DNA of 64,000 nucleotides, from assembly GCF_009914755.1 (NCBI RefSeq), contig NC_060946.1. One strand, given 5' to 3'. Both the position numbers and the translations under genes were made by a program. The notes beneath the pieces are model-generated. The model saw only the letters and a list, made by a program, of their open reading frames with translations, had not been told where the DNA came from and searched no databases. This stretch comes from the human T2T-CHM13v2.0 reference genome, Homo sapiens. Each line of letters begins with the position of its first letter. The first letter of the stretch is position 1. Positions 26,057 through 39,840 of the stretch are shown here, piece after piece.

Positions 26057-26921
26057 TGTTTTGTAGCCACCCATCCTGGAGGCCATGGTGAGCCCTTAGC
26101 GTGATGCTAAGTACTTCACATGATCTCCCTTGGAACCTGACACACTTTGGCCATTCATCCACTCTCACCATTTCTGCCCCTTCAAATAAATCCTTCCCCC
26201 ACTATTTGTCCATCATTTTTTTAACTTTCGGGGACACTTTTTTAATCTCGGTGTCATCTGAGGCAAGAACATCCACGAAAGTACTGGTAGAATGTGCTCA
26301 TTCTATTTGTGTCCAATATACACTGGAATAAATACATGAAAGTGGAAAGTTTGCTCATGTCTTGCTCCTTCTGCTGATGAAATTCAGACCACCCCTTGGC
26401 AAATGCTGTGTCCTTTGGTTCAATCTTCAGGATGACCTTTCACATTTAGTAAACTACCCTTTCATGGACCAGACGAACTGAGACTTGGAGGGGTAAAGTA
26501 GCTTGGTCAACCAGCCCTAGAGCAGCAGAGCCAGAATTCAGACTAGGGCGTGTGTGATGCCGAGACCTAGGTCAAAACTCCTCCTTCTGCTGACTCTTTA
26601 AGTCAAACGTGCCAGGAAACTTTTAGCTCTACTCAGCAACTAAAGAATAATAGAGGTGAAAGGGACCGCCCAAATAGAAGTGCACCCATTGTACAGATGC
26701 AAAAACTGAAGCCCTGATGGCTAAAGTGTAAAATCTCAGACGGGCCAAGATCCAGACCAGACTGAGGTGGCCCAGGAGGTAAACAATGAGCCTCTCTCAC
26801 CCCCGGAAATTCTGGAATCACCATGACTCCCCTTTGGAGTCTTGACCATCCCACCACGGACCTTGGCATGACCCATCTTCTACTGGGATGCTCCTCACCC
26901 CAATTTGCCCACCTCCATTCA

Positions 26922-27305
<384 letters not shown>

Positions 27306-27540
27306 TCACTTTATAGCTCTTCAACACAATTAATAATCATGACTTCATTGGTAGATTGATTTGATTAATGTCTCCCACTGAACTGTGAGCTCCAGGGGGG
27401 TAAGGGCCCTGTCTTCCCAGTGCCCTGCTGTTTACCAGAGCCAGGCACAAGGTCAGGGGTGAGTAAATATTTGTTGAATGAATAAATGTGTGAATGAAGG
27501 AAAATCTGCCTTGAGGGCTAGGACCCTTGTAAGACTTACC

Positions 27541-27643
27541 CCTTTTTTTTTTTTTTTTTTTTTTTGAGACAGAGTCTCGCTCTGTACCCAGGCTGGAGTG
27601 CAGTGGCACGATCTCGGCTCACTACAAGCTCCGCCTCCTGGGT
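27541..27643 (-). mobile_element. Heavily 5'-truncated AluY (~80 nt + tail), 11-bp TSD
   Basis: caagctccgcctcc diagnostic; TSD taagacttacc at 27530-27540 and 27644-27654. Confidence 0.9.
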
Positions 27644-27714
27644 TAAGACTTACCTAACTCTTAGCACCCAGCATAGTGTATAACACTTAGGAGCTTTCAT
27701 GAAAGTCTATAGGT

Positions 27715-27815
27715 AGAGGGAAGAGGAGGGAGGGAGGAAGAGAGGCAGAAAAAGGAAAGGAAGAGTGAGGGAAGGATGGGAGAGAGAAAAGGAAGAAGGG
27801 AAGGAAAAAGAGAAG
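27715..27815. repeat. GA-rich low-complexity tract
   Basis: Directly visible. Confidence 0.8.
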
Positions 27816-29922
27816 TAATGAACTTCCACATTTTAAAACAAGAAAGACTGAGGCCCAGAGAGGAAAAAGAGGTTCCAAGGACACACAACAAGACAGCATC
27901 CAGGTCCCCAAGTGTCACAGCCTTTCGGTACAACCCCATTTGTCCACCTGCTCTCCCGTCTTTTGTGCACACACCAGGAAGGCCTGCACCGGCCTTGAGC
28001 TATGTGCTGGCAAGGGCGTCCAGAGCTGGGGGAGGCACCAGGGCAGGCAGCCAGCCCCCTTGCCGGCTCTGCCCAGGGGCTGGACCTCTCAGAAGCTGGG
28101 CGATTGCAAGCCAAAGGACTTCCAGCTCCCCCTCCTGTGGGCCACAGGGTCCCAGGAGGAAAGCAGTTGGGGAGATCAGCCCTTTTGTCACAGACAGTTG
28201 AATTCTGACCAATTTATCTGTCAGGATGGCACTTGCAGACCCGAATCCCGGAGCTCATGACGCTGTAGTCAAAATACGCTCCTGACACCTTTCCCGTGTG
28301 AATTATGCCCGGCGTCCGTCCACAGGCAGGAGCTGCCATTGCCCTACTTTTGTCTCATTGCCCCAGCTGTCCTGAGCCTCAGAGTGGGAGGAACACACAA
28401 GCAGTGGCCAAGAGGGTCTTAACTCACTGTGGACAAATTTCTGCCCATCAGCTGCAGGAGGACTGGGCCCTGGAGTGATACCTGGTCATTCCCTGCTTGC
28501 TGGAGTCCTGGCAACTCCAGGCAAGAGTGCCTGCCAGGGCTGAGGGACCCAGCATCCACATCCAACAGGTAGCTCTGACCCAGAATTCAGCAGCATCTAG
28601 ATAACCAAAAGGAGCTGTGAGTCAGGGGATGAATGGGGCTCGCCAGGAAACCAAGGCTGCCCGGGGCCCCTAGAGCCACATGGCTGGAGAGGGGACTACA
28701 GCATCTGTCTTGGGGTTGGTGGCATTGAGGGGACTTGTTGTGGAGCAACCCAGATGTGGGTTTCTGCATCTTCTGTTCTTTGCTTAATTCATTCATTCAT
28801 TCCACCTGTCACTTGACAGGTGGTCATTCTACCAGCCATTCCACCAGCCATTCATCATCAAGTCAGTCTATTCATTGGCCACGGGATACAACTGAGACTC
28901 AAACATTGGAGTCAAGCAGGTATCAGGCACAGCTCCTCACCTTTGGGAGACCCCGGGCCCTCCACTTCACCTCTCCATCTCTCCATGCCTTGCCTTGCTT
29001 ATCTGCAAAACAGGATAATAAGAGTTCCTACCTCACGGTATCAGTGGGGGCATTTAATGAGATGGTGACGGCACTGTTTAGCACAGGGTTCAGCAGGAAG
29101 CAGCTGGTGTCAGCCTTTACAGTTATCACTCATCCTATAATTTGGTGACAGGAAAAGAGCACAATCCTAAGAATAGAAGGCTTGAGATTTCAACTTGCTG
29201 GGTTCTGCCGGCCGGTTCGTTGGCTAACCTCTTATTAAAGGGTATGATGGAGTGAGTAATTACTACACACAAGCCACTGAAGATTAATGGAGAGAGACTG
29301 GCAAACAAATAGATGTGGCAGGGCCTGTAGGTGGGCCTTGGGGTTGAAGGATGATCATGAAGAACCTCCTTGAGAAGGTGACTCCTAGACTGGATTTTGT
29401 AGAAACAGTAGGAGTTTTCTTGAGAAATGGTGGGGAAGCTCATTCCAGGCAGTGAGAACAGCATGGTTAAAATCTTGGAGGCCTGAAAGGCATACTGGAC
29501 TTGGGATCATAAATAGTTCCAGATAACTGGAGCGTGGGCTGTTCCCGGGACATAGAGGAAACAGCAGGCGCCTGATCAGAAAAGGCAGGAACAGCAAAGC
29601 TTAGAAGTAGTGACACCTTTCAGCATCATGGCTCCTGGTGATCTGGTCATTGGTTCTAAGAGCCACCATTTCCTAAGTCTCACTTTGTGCCAAGTTATTT
29701 ATCAACATTGCCTTCCCTAAACACACGGCCACTCTGAGAGATGATGGTTCTCATGACACCCTTTGGACAGGTGGGAAAACCAAGGCCCAGAGAATTAAAA
29801 TATCTACCAAAAGCCAAACAGCTAGGGAGCGGCAGAGCTGGGATTTGAACCCAGGTCCATGTATCTCCTCACTCAGGCCCCCCTCACATCTGCAGGCCAG
29901 TTGTGGAGAAGCAAAAGGGCTA

Positions 29923-30483
29923 GTGTGTGTGGGGTGTGCATGAGTGTGCACACACATCAGAGAGGCATATGTGTATGTGCACGCATGAGCATCCACAAGT
30001 GTGTGGGCATGCCTACAGTGTGGATGTAGGAGGGTACAGTGTGTTTGGCAGTTTGGCATGCATGTGTATGCATAGGCATGCATGTCTACTGGGTGTGCTT
30101 GCATGTATTGGTGCAAATGTGCCCATGCACTAAGGCTAGGTATACGCCTAGTCACTCATGGGTGTGACTGGGTGCATCCCTGAGCACATATGTATGGCTT
30201 TGTATGTGCACATGTGGATACATGTGGGCATGACTGCAGCATGTACACATACATGTACAAGTATGCACATGGCCTGTGGCTGGGTATAAGCATGAACATA
30301 TGTGTAACTGTGTACATTCCCTCTTCCACATATGTGCATGTGTGAATACATGTGGGCATGCCAAAAGCATGTGCACATGCATGTGTAGGCATGAACATGT
30401 ACTACCAAGTACATGTTCATATACGTGCACCATATACAGGTGCATGCATTTCCAGAAGGGTGTGGGACTCCCTGCGTGTGCAT
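29923..30483. repeat. Long degenerate RY-alternating (TG/CA/TGCA/CATG) tract
   Basis: Directly visible, ~560 bp. Confidence 0.85.
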
Positions 30484-31874
30484 CTCCTGCCATCCCCAGG
30501 CAGCTTCAGCCACAACCCACAGACAGAAGCCACAAAACAAAATTCTCCTTTTCTCTCAAAGCTTCTCAAGCTTATGGCCCAACACTTGTCAATACTAGGA
30601 GGACCAGAATATCATCAGGTAGTGATTTTCCTATTAAAAAAAAAACAGCTACATAAATCAGGCCAATGCTGTGGTCACCACAGCCTCAGGATTAAACATA
30701 TATGGTGGCTTGTTTCAGCATAAATCGCAACCTTTCACTTGGGCCAGGCTGGGTGAAACCACGTTACGTAAGTGCAGCCTCAAGTGGTGGCTCCTGTCGT
30801 GGTCCATGTCAGGCCTGAAACAACAGCCCTGCTCAGCATGTCCCTAAGAGGCTGAACGAAGGTGGGTCAACCACTTCCAGTTCTCCTGCCATGCTGGCCT
30901 CAGAACAGATGAAGGGAGGGACTGGAGGGAGGAAGGGCCCTGTGTTTATCTTTCAGCCCTGTTGCCTGCTGCTGAGTGTCTTTGGGCAGTTCACTCAACC
31001 TCTCTGTGCCTTAGTCTCTTTGTTCTGCAAAATGGGCATATTGATCATACCTCCTTGGGATGTTGCAGTATTCAATTAGATAATGAGGCAAGGGCCTGGC
31101 TCTGCAAAGGCCCAGAGTAGGAGCACAGCCCCTGCCCTCTGCTGTTGTTGCTGCCAAGGAAACTAGCCAAGATCTGGAAGGAAAGCCCCACCTTGGGGAG
31201 AGGAACCGCCTGGCTGGCTTAACCAGTCCCGATTCCCTAGAACCTATGTATCTCTCAGGCAAGGGAAGGGGGACATGTTACTGGATGGCCCAGTCAGCTC
31301 TGGTTCTATGCTGCCTAGAGTCTGTGGACAGGACAGATGGCCCAAGGAGTCACATTGGCCATGCCCCTGCCTCTGTGTGCTCCTGAACCCATCACAGAGG
31401 TGGATCTTGCACAGCATAGGGTGATGTGTAAGTGACGCCAGAATCCCAGGCCCTTCTCTTCATCTCCCTAAACCTCAGTTTCCCCATCTGTAAAATGGGG
31501 ATTATAAATGTACCTGCTTCCTAGGACTGCTGTCTGGATTCAGTAAGATAATCCACGAAACACACTCAACATAAGGCCTGCCACAGGCACAGCGTTCAGA
31601 GAATGCCTGCTCGTTATCATTATTATTTTTGCCTGTGTCCTTCATGAATGTAATTCCATTTGCTGTTCCTTTGACTTGCACGCCATTCTTCCTTATCCTC
31701 CTCTCCCATCTTATCTGTAGCTTGCAGCTTCCACGGCCCCACTGGTCAAGCTGGGTCTAGAGCCAAATGCTGCAGAGGTTACCTGGAGGCATCAGTGATA
31801 GTCAAACTCTCAGATCCCAAGCTGCACCCAGAGACAGGGACCCACAAAGGTCAGGGGCAGCAGGGAGGGCTCCG

Positions 31875-32176
31875 TGCTGGGCACGGTGGCTCATCCCTGT
31901 AATCCCAGCACTTTGGGAGGCTGAGGCGGGTGGATCACTTGAGGTCAGGATTTTGAAGCCAGCCCCGCCAGCATGGCAAAATTCCATCTCTATAAAAAAT
32001 ACAAAAATTAGCCAGCCATGGTGGTGTTCACCTGTAGTCTAAGCTACTCAGGAGGCTGAGGCAGGAGAATCATTTGAACCTGGAAGCTGAGGTTTCAGTG
32101 AGCTGAGATGGTGCCACTGCACTCCAGCCTGGGAAACAGAGCGAGACTCTGTCTCAAAAAATAAATAATAAATAAA
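31875..32176 (+). mobile_element. AluS (Sx/Sz-like)
   Basis: Full dimer with tacaaaaattagcc linker and (AAAT)n tail. Confidence 0.92.
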
Positions 32177-34071
32177 TTTTAAAAAGGAACAAGTGACTCG
32201 TGAACAGAGCTGAAAGGAGGCCATGATTGGCTCTGCCTGGTATCCAGATCACACCCCTCATGGCACCCTGCAAATTAATATTTTTTAAAATATAGTCATT
32301 TTCCCCTCACAACCCAATTTCCCTGCCTTACACCCTTACTGCCTTAAAAGCTGCACTTTGGTCAAAGCGAGCATGGAAAAGACCCCTGTGTACTTGTCAC
32401 CCTGGGACCCCTCTCCTTGGTTGAGAATATAGATCAGAAGGCACAGAAAGCCAAAGAGCCAGGGCTGGCCGCTTCCCTTCTCCCTGGAAAGCCCTGAGTA
32501 TCAGGCACCTTTTCCCCCGCCACCACCTCCCCTCAGACTGTGGGCCCAGGAGCTCCGGCTTGCTGCACCCCCATCTCTTTCCCACTCATCTTCCTCCTAA
32601 CACAGACTCCCTGTCTTTCCTCTTCTGCCTGCACCTTTTTCTTTTACTTCTTACCTAGAGCCTCGTGGATATTTTACAAAAGTTCTGTTTCTTCCTCTAA
32701 GACTCTTTCAATCAAGGATGCCAAGACATAACTCTATTTCTCTCTCTTCCTCCTCCAAATCCTCTCCTCTCACCTCTCTGTCTCATCTCTCCCTTCTTAC
32801 TCTTCTCCTTTACCACATTTCTGGCCATGGATTCCAGCCAGGCCTTCCCAAATCCAAGGCCTGTTCCTTCCCAGATAGCCCTAGGTTCAAATCCCCCCTC
32901 CTCTTCTTCACAGCTATACTCCTTAGGCAGATGACCTCATTTCTCTGTACCTCCTCCCCTGTAAACTGAAGATAATAAAAGTCTCTACCTTGTAGGATTG
33001 CTGAGAGAATTTAATGAGAAAATGCATGTAAATAAACATTTAGCACTGTACCTACGCAGAGTGGGCATGCAATACACGTTCACAGCCATAGTTGTTGCTG
33101 CTGGTTCTCTGGCTATTACTGTTACTATTACCCTGGGGCATGAAAAATCTGAGAAGGGTGATCCGGAAGATGGAATGGCATGAGTAAAAGCCACTGAAGT
33201 ATAATGTAACATAGCCCATATGGTGGATTTGGGGAAACGGGCCATCAAGGGAGAGGAAAACAGGGCCCTCAGAACTCGTAGGAATTTTCATAATATCTTT
33301 AGACTCAAAGCCTCCACTGTGGTGGGAAAGGATTGGTTCCCCCTGGGAACTACTGCAACATCCCCATAAATCACAGCCAGTTAAATGGAGCCAGCAGAGT
33401 CAGGAATTCCTTCCCCATCCTCCTAATTTCCACGAAGCGGCCTCCCAGGCCCCCTCCTCAATGTAGTGCTCAGATTCCAGTGCTGAGAATGGTGAGGCCT
33501 AGCCAGCTCTGGAATGCAGACTGTGGAGAGCTGGGATCCTTCCAGAGCCGAATGTCTGATCCTCCTCACCTCCTGCCTCATACAGAAGAACCAGAAGTCT
33601 CAAGCACAGCCACCCAGAAAGACTAATTTCCCTCCCACAGTCTCTCCTATTCCCAGCAAACAGCCCTCCATGGGCCCTGCTCCTCTCTTGCTCAAGAATT
33701 TATCATGGCTGCCCAGTGGCTGCCAGCTATAATCCAACTCCTCGCTCTGACATTCAAGGCTCTTCACAGTGGGCCTCTTCTGCTTTTCCATGTCCTTTCC
33801 TCAAGCCTCCACCTTCTCACAACCCACAGGCTGCCTACTTTAGCCACACCAGACAATCCAGTCTTCCCCAAATGCCTTCCAGTCTTTCCACGTTGAGGCC
33901 ATCTGCACATGCTGTTCCCTCTGCCTGGAATCCCATTCACTTTCTCTTTCTCTCTGGAAAACTCCTATTAATCCTTCAGGATGCACTTCAAATGGTCCTT
34001 CTTAGTAAAACTGACCTGGAGTCAGTCCTCCCTGCTCTGTGTGTGTCAGCACCTAATTCATACAACTGTGG

Positions 34072-34077
34072 ACACAT

Positions 34078-34111
<34 letters not shown>
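34072..34111. repeat. (CA)n microsatellite
   Basis: Directly visible. Confidence 0.95.
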
Positions 34112-34289
34112 CTATGTCATTACCTAAATATCACGGCAAAGCAAGCCCCTTGGGAATCATCTAGTCCTAGTCCTACTTTTTAGTGACAGAATCCTGTGTT
34201 CAAGCAAAATTTTGAAATGGAATTCCAAAGTATAAAATGGATAAATGTAGATTGGATCCATTTGAAGTGCGATGAAAGAAATGCAAGAG

Positions 34290-34870
34290 ATGATATTCTT
34301 TGCGTCAAAAGTTACAGAAATTCAACTGGAAGTTGCTGAAGCCCAAAAAAAAAAAAGGAATTTATGGGCCCATGTAACAGGAAAGCTCAAGACATCAGGT
34401 AGACCTGGATTCAGGAGTTGAAACAATGACATTGGGAATCTGCCTTGTATCTTGGCTCTCCTCACCTTTGCATTGGCTTCATTCTCAGACATTCTCTTCC
34501 CAAATCATGACCCAGATGGCCTCCAAAGCTGTAGCCTCCCATCCTCCTTGCTCAGCCACCCCCAAAGGAAAGAGTCTCATTCTAGACAGTTCCAGCAATG
34601 GTGCTAGGGAAAAGGTTAATCAGCTCTGATTGCCCAGGCTTGAGTCATGTGATTGTTCCCAGCCAATCACGGTTACCAGGGCAATGCACTGATCTCATGG
34701 GCCACTCCTGCTGAGTCCTATGGCACCCTCTGGAGTCAGAGGTGAAATAATCCCTCCAGAACCACATGGACTAATAACAAGGAAAGAGTGATTCCCTAAG
34801 GTAAAATCAGGGTGAAAGCACCCAAAAAGGGAATCTTGGTGGGTCCCCAAAACTGATGCCCCCTCCACTG
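34290..34870 (-). mobile_element. Old ERVL-MaLR LTR (MLT1K/L-like)
   Basis: gttacagaaattcaact...ggaatttatgggcccatgtaac...ctctgattgcccaggcttgagtcatgtg...ccaatcac...aaccacatggact...aaaatcagggtg. Confidence 0.6.
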
Positions 34871-35682
34871 AAACCTCACCCCACCTGCCTCTCTTTTAGC
34901 CCTCATGACATTTTCTGAAGCCCTAGGGCTCTGCAGAACATGGCTTGAAAACTACTCATCTGGTCCTGTTTTATAGAAGAAAAGTGAAGGCCCAGAGAGG
35001 GAAAGTGTCTCCCCAAAAGTCACACAGCACACTCTATCCTCAAGCTCCCAATTCCTTAAAAGTGCCTATGCCTCCTTGATGAGCCTCCTTCCCACTGGGT
35101 CTGTAGCATCTCCATTACCAGGTTTGGCTGAAAGGATTTGTCAGTTGTCAGCTTGCTTGTCTAACTAAATTAATGTTTTACATTTCTCTTCCAGTTTGCA
35201 AACTTTTTAAAAATTAATCCCATCATTTCAACAAGTGTAACAACTAAATTATCATCTTTACATGATTAAGGAGCCTGCCGCATCATCTCTTGGCAAACAC
35301 TGCATGCACGTAATTTTACTAAATGTAATAAACCAACCATAGAACTATTAATTTTGCCATGGTATTCATAACAATTAGAAACGCATGAACCTTAAAATGA
35401 TAAAAACTGAATGGAATACTGAAATTGCAGGAAATCCCCAATCCTCTTGCTGCAGGCTGAAGACGATATCATGAGATGCAGATTAAGGTTGAGAAACAGA
35501 AATTGGATGTCATTTTCCTCTTAGCTCCATTGTAATACACCCAGAATGAGATAGACCAAGATGGGGGCACTTGACTAACTCAGTGAAGCTTTCCCCCAAA
35601 TCTAGACATCTGTGAGGAACAAAGCATCAGGAAAAACTCTCTGCCTTTTCAGAGCTTGAGGAGCCTCTAAGAGTGTCTAGTC

Positions 35683-35861
35683 CTGGAATAACAAATACAT
35701 GGCAAAAGTACCACCATCCCACTTCCCACAGCTGTGGCAGACATTATTAATTTATCACAGCACTCTTTCCTGCTGAGTTCAGACAGCTTGACAATCTCAA
35801 CACAGACCTCCAAGATAGGCACTACCAATCAATCATGAGGTGATCTTATTTGCCATTCCAG
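35683..35861. mobile_element. hAT-Charlie MITE (MER117-like)
   Basis: 15-bp terminal inverted repeats ctggaataacaaata / tatttgccattccag (13/15 match); degenerate 8-bp TSD gtctagtc/atttagcc. Confidence 0.7.
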
Positions 35862-36433
35862 ATTTAGCCCAATCTTGCAAGTTTGCAGGAAGAGAAACTT
35901 GGCTGCAGAGAGGGAAATGACTTGCTCAAAGTCAAATAGAGATTCAGGGCAGAGTCGAAGGTAGAAGTTGGGATGCTGTGGCTTTATTACAACAGACCAG
36001 GAGGCCGCACAGTCACCAACAGACTGTATTTCTCTCAACCTCTTAAAGAGGAAGCCCACTCCACAGATCCCTAGGAGGTCAAATACCCTCATGATACCCT
36101 CTCCTTTTCCTCTTCCCAGCATTTTTTTTTATCAAATTTACCTAGGTCTTTTCTTTCCTGCATTAATGGTGGAACAACACACTGCTGGAACTTTCCTAGA
36201 GAAGAATTTGGCAGCTTGTATCAAATGCCTTAAACATCAATTCTCTTGCTTGAAATATATATATAATTTATCTCAAAAACATAAGGGACAAATGCCCAAA
36301 AAGAATGTACATCATGGTATTGGAAAGAATAAAATAAAAAACAGCCAGTAATTTATTTTAAACATTATAAAATGAGATTTGTATTAACACAAAAGATGAT
36401 GACAGTATTTTTTAGTAAGAAATACAATTTTTC

Positions 36434-36864
<431 letters not shown>

Positions 36865-37147
36865 TCAGAATTTGACATGTATGGTGGCTTCCAGAGTCAG
36901 GGAATGCAACAACCCTGCATTTAGCTTAGAAGAATTGAAAGGTTATTTGCCAAAATAGTAATAGTGGCTATGGGGGAGTATGGAGGGTGAGTGTGTAATT
37001 ATTGCCCTAATTTTCTAGTATTTCTATAATGAACATGGCTCACTTGGGTAAACATAAAGTAGTAGCCCTTTCAAAGCACTTTCCTGATTATAATCTACTT
37101 ATTACATGTCCTGGCTTACTCAATTACATATCCTGGCTTACTTTGGG

Positions 37148-37187
37148 GTGTGTGTGTGTGTGTGTGTGTGTCTGTCTGTGTGTGTGT
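37148..37187. repeat. (TG)n microsatellite, interrupted
   Basis: Directly visible. Confidence 0.9.
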
Positions 37188-38302
37188 TATGATATTAACC
37201 AAGAGTTGATGGAGGACTTATGAGTGCCAGGCACTGTGCTAGGGATGCAGTCCCAGGCTTCATGAGTTTCAAATCTAATGAGACCCCAGGAAGGCATCCT
37301 TTGGGATGTTCTGTAAGGTATATTATGGGAAGCCTGGCCTTCCCAATAGACCAAGCATCTGGGGGAAGATACTGTGCCTTGTCAGTATCCTTAGATCACA
37401 GAACTGAGATGCCCACACACACTGCAATGGAAGCTGGGGCCAGCTAGTTTCTAGCATGCAGCGGCAGTGAGAACATTGAGCCTCAGTCTCCAGAAGATCC
37501 ATGACACTCAGAATTTAATCCCTGAGATCTTTGAAGCCAGAGCACCTGGATTTGAAACCAGACAACCGAACCTCCACTTCCTCATCTGTGAAATGGAGAG
37601 AATCACAGATCCTTAACTCCTGAAGTTTAAAAGAAGTAAGACTCACAATGCACAATGCCTGGCTTAGAGGCAATGTTCAGTTGATGGTAGAGATTATTAT
37701 GTATTGTTATGATGATCATATCTGAGCCTCAGCTGATGAAGGGTCTAGACAGAAGCCCCATCCAGCCCTTCAGGACAGGGCTGGAACAGGATCAGAAAGA
37801 AAGCAATTTTCCAAGCTGGAGATCTCCAGTTGCCCTGGCCATGGACAGCAGGGCTGGCCCAGAGGACGGGGGCAGCTGCTGGCAAGAAAAGTGACATACA
37901 GCTTTGTCAGGTTCACTTCTCTTTGTTCCCCCCTCTCTGCTTCAGGTCCCCAAGCATTCAGCCCCAGGTCTTTTTCTCTGTAGACGACAGCTCGTTTCCT
38001 CTGGGGAAACTGCAATCAGTGTATCTAAAACACCCACCGCCCTTTAAGTAAAATGGAGGTGATCTGAACGGGTCTGAGAATTGGCGACTCTCTTCCTTGG
38101 CCTCCACATGCTTTCTTCTAGGCCAAGAATCTCCCAGTTTCCCCCTGAGAATGAATCACAAGCCTATTCCTGAATAAACAGAGCTGGACTCAGAGTTGGA
38201 AGTCCTGGCTTTCAAGCCCAGCTCTGCTATGTGACTAAGCAAGTTCCCCCATCGTGGGTCTCAGTTTTCCACCTGTACATGGAGGATTAGATAAAAAGTC
38301 TC

Positions 38303-38612
<310 letters not shown>

Positions 38613-39049
38613 TAGGATGTTTCTACAGGTTCTTTCAGCTTTGACAGTCTTACTGACATTGCACCAGTTGTGACTTCAGACAAGCCTTGGTGTTTGATGT
38701 CTCCCTCCCTGCATCCTGGAGCCGTTTCCTTTTCAAGCCTCAGTGCCTTTGCACAAACCACTGCACCTTTCAAAGTATGCCTTTCGCAGGTAGGGCTCCC
38801 TTCCCTGTCCCCTAAACAAGACTCAAACCACCTTTGCCTGACAGTCTTCCCTGAACAACCATGTGCTCACAGCTCCCAGATGGCAAGCCCATTTTACCCC
38901 CAGCCCTGAAGACCACCTCCCCACAGCTGGACCCCATGATACTCCTGTGCTGAATGTCCAGGCCCCTGGAACCCACCAAGTGCCTTGTCAAGCCCCAGTG
39001 CTTGAGACCACCTCTTCTTAGGACTTGATTGACCAAGAAGATGGAGTCA

Positions 39050-39840
39050 TTCACTCACTCAATGAGCATGCACCCAGCCTCCAGGATGTGTTAAGGTCTC
39101 TGATGGATGCTAGAAATGCAAAGGCGAGTGAAGCCCAGACTCTGTCTCCAAGGAATCACAGCCTGGGGCAGGACAGCAACAGGAAAGCAGATCATTTCAA
39201 TGTATTGTGGCTTTCCAGGCAGAAAGGGCAAGGGGTTGCAGGTTTGAGGTATGAGAGAGAAGGGAACATTCAAGGAGACGGAAGGTGGTTTGGTCTTGAG
39301 AGAAGTGAGATATCCAGAGGTGGGCGGGGCTGGGGTGGGCGGGGCCTGGAGGGTAGGGAGGGGCATTTGTGGGCGGGGCCTGGGAGGTAGGGCTGGCAGT
39401 GGACGGGATCTGGTCCTGTAGATCCTCACGGGCTTTAGTGAGAAGCTGGGGCCCAAGAACCAAGTCCTTCCAAGAAGAAGGACTTTAAGCAGGGTGTAAT
39501 CTGCATTTTGAAGAGGTACCTCTGGCTACTGGGTGGAAGATAAGTTACAGGAGCAAGAATGACCTTAGGGAGGCCATAGTAGTCATTGAGGAGAGAGAAG
39601 ATGGTGATCCTAAGGGAGTGGCGGCAGTAGGGTGGGGAGGGGCAGGACAGATTCAAAAGAGATTTAGTTGGAAGAATCTTAAGGCTTTGAGGTGGTCGTG
39701 ACTGTGGGTAAGGGGGAGAAGAGTCGAGGGGGACTCCAGGAAAGACTGAGGTGGCCCTGCTATGTGTGAGACAACCCCAGAGGAGAGCCAGGTGGGTGAT
39801 GGTGAGCTCGGTTTGGGACGTGGTGAGTTCTAGATATCAA
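39050..39840 (-). mobile_element. LINE-2 fragment(s)
   Basis: tcattcactcactcaatgagca...ctttaagcagggtgtaatctgcattttgaagagg...ctctggct...gatggtga. Confidence 0.6.

Noticed and set aside
25631-26171. Poly-His and poly-Asp ORFs
   Set aside because: Translations of the (CAT/CAC)n repeat.
29751-30723. Cys/His-rich, zinc-finger-looking ORFs (also at 13347-13842)
   Set aside because: Arise from TG/CA alternation; no C2H2 spacing or TGEKP linkers.
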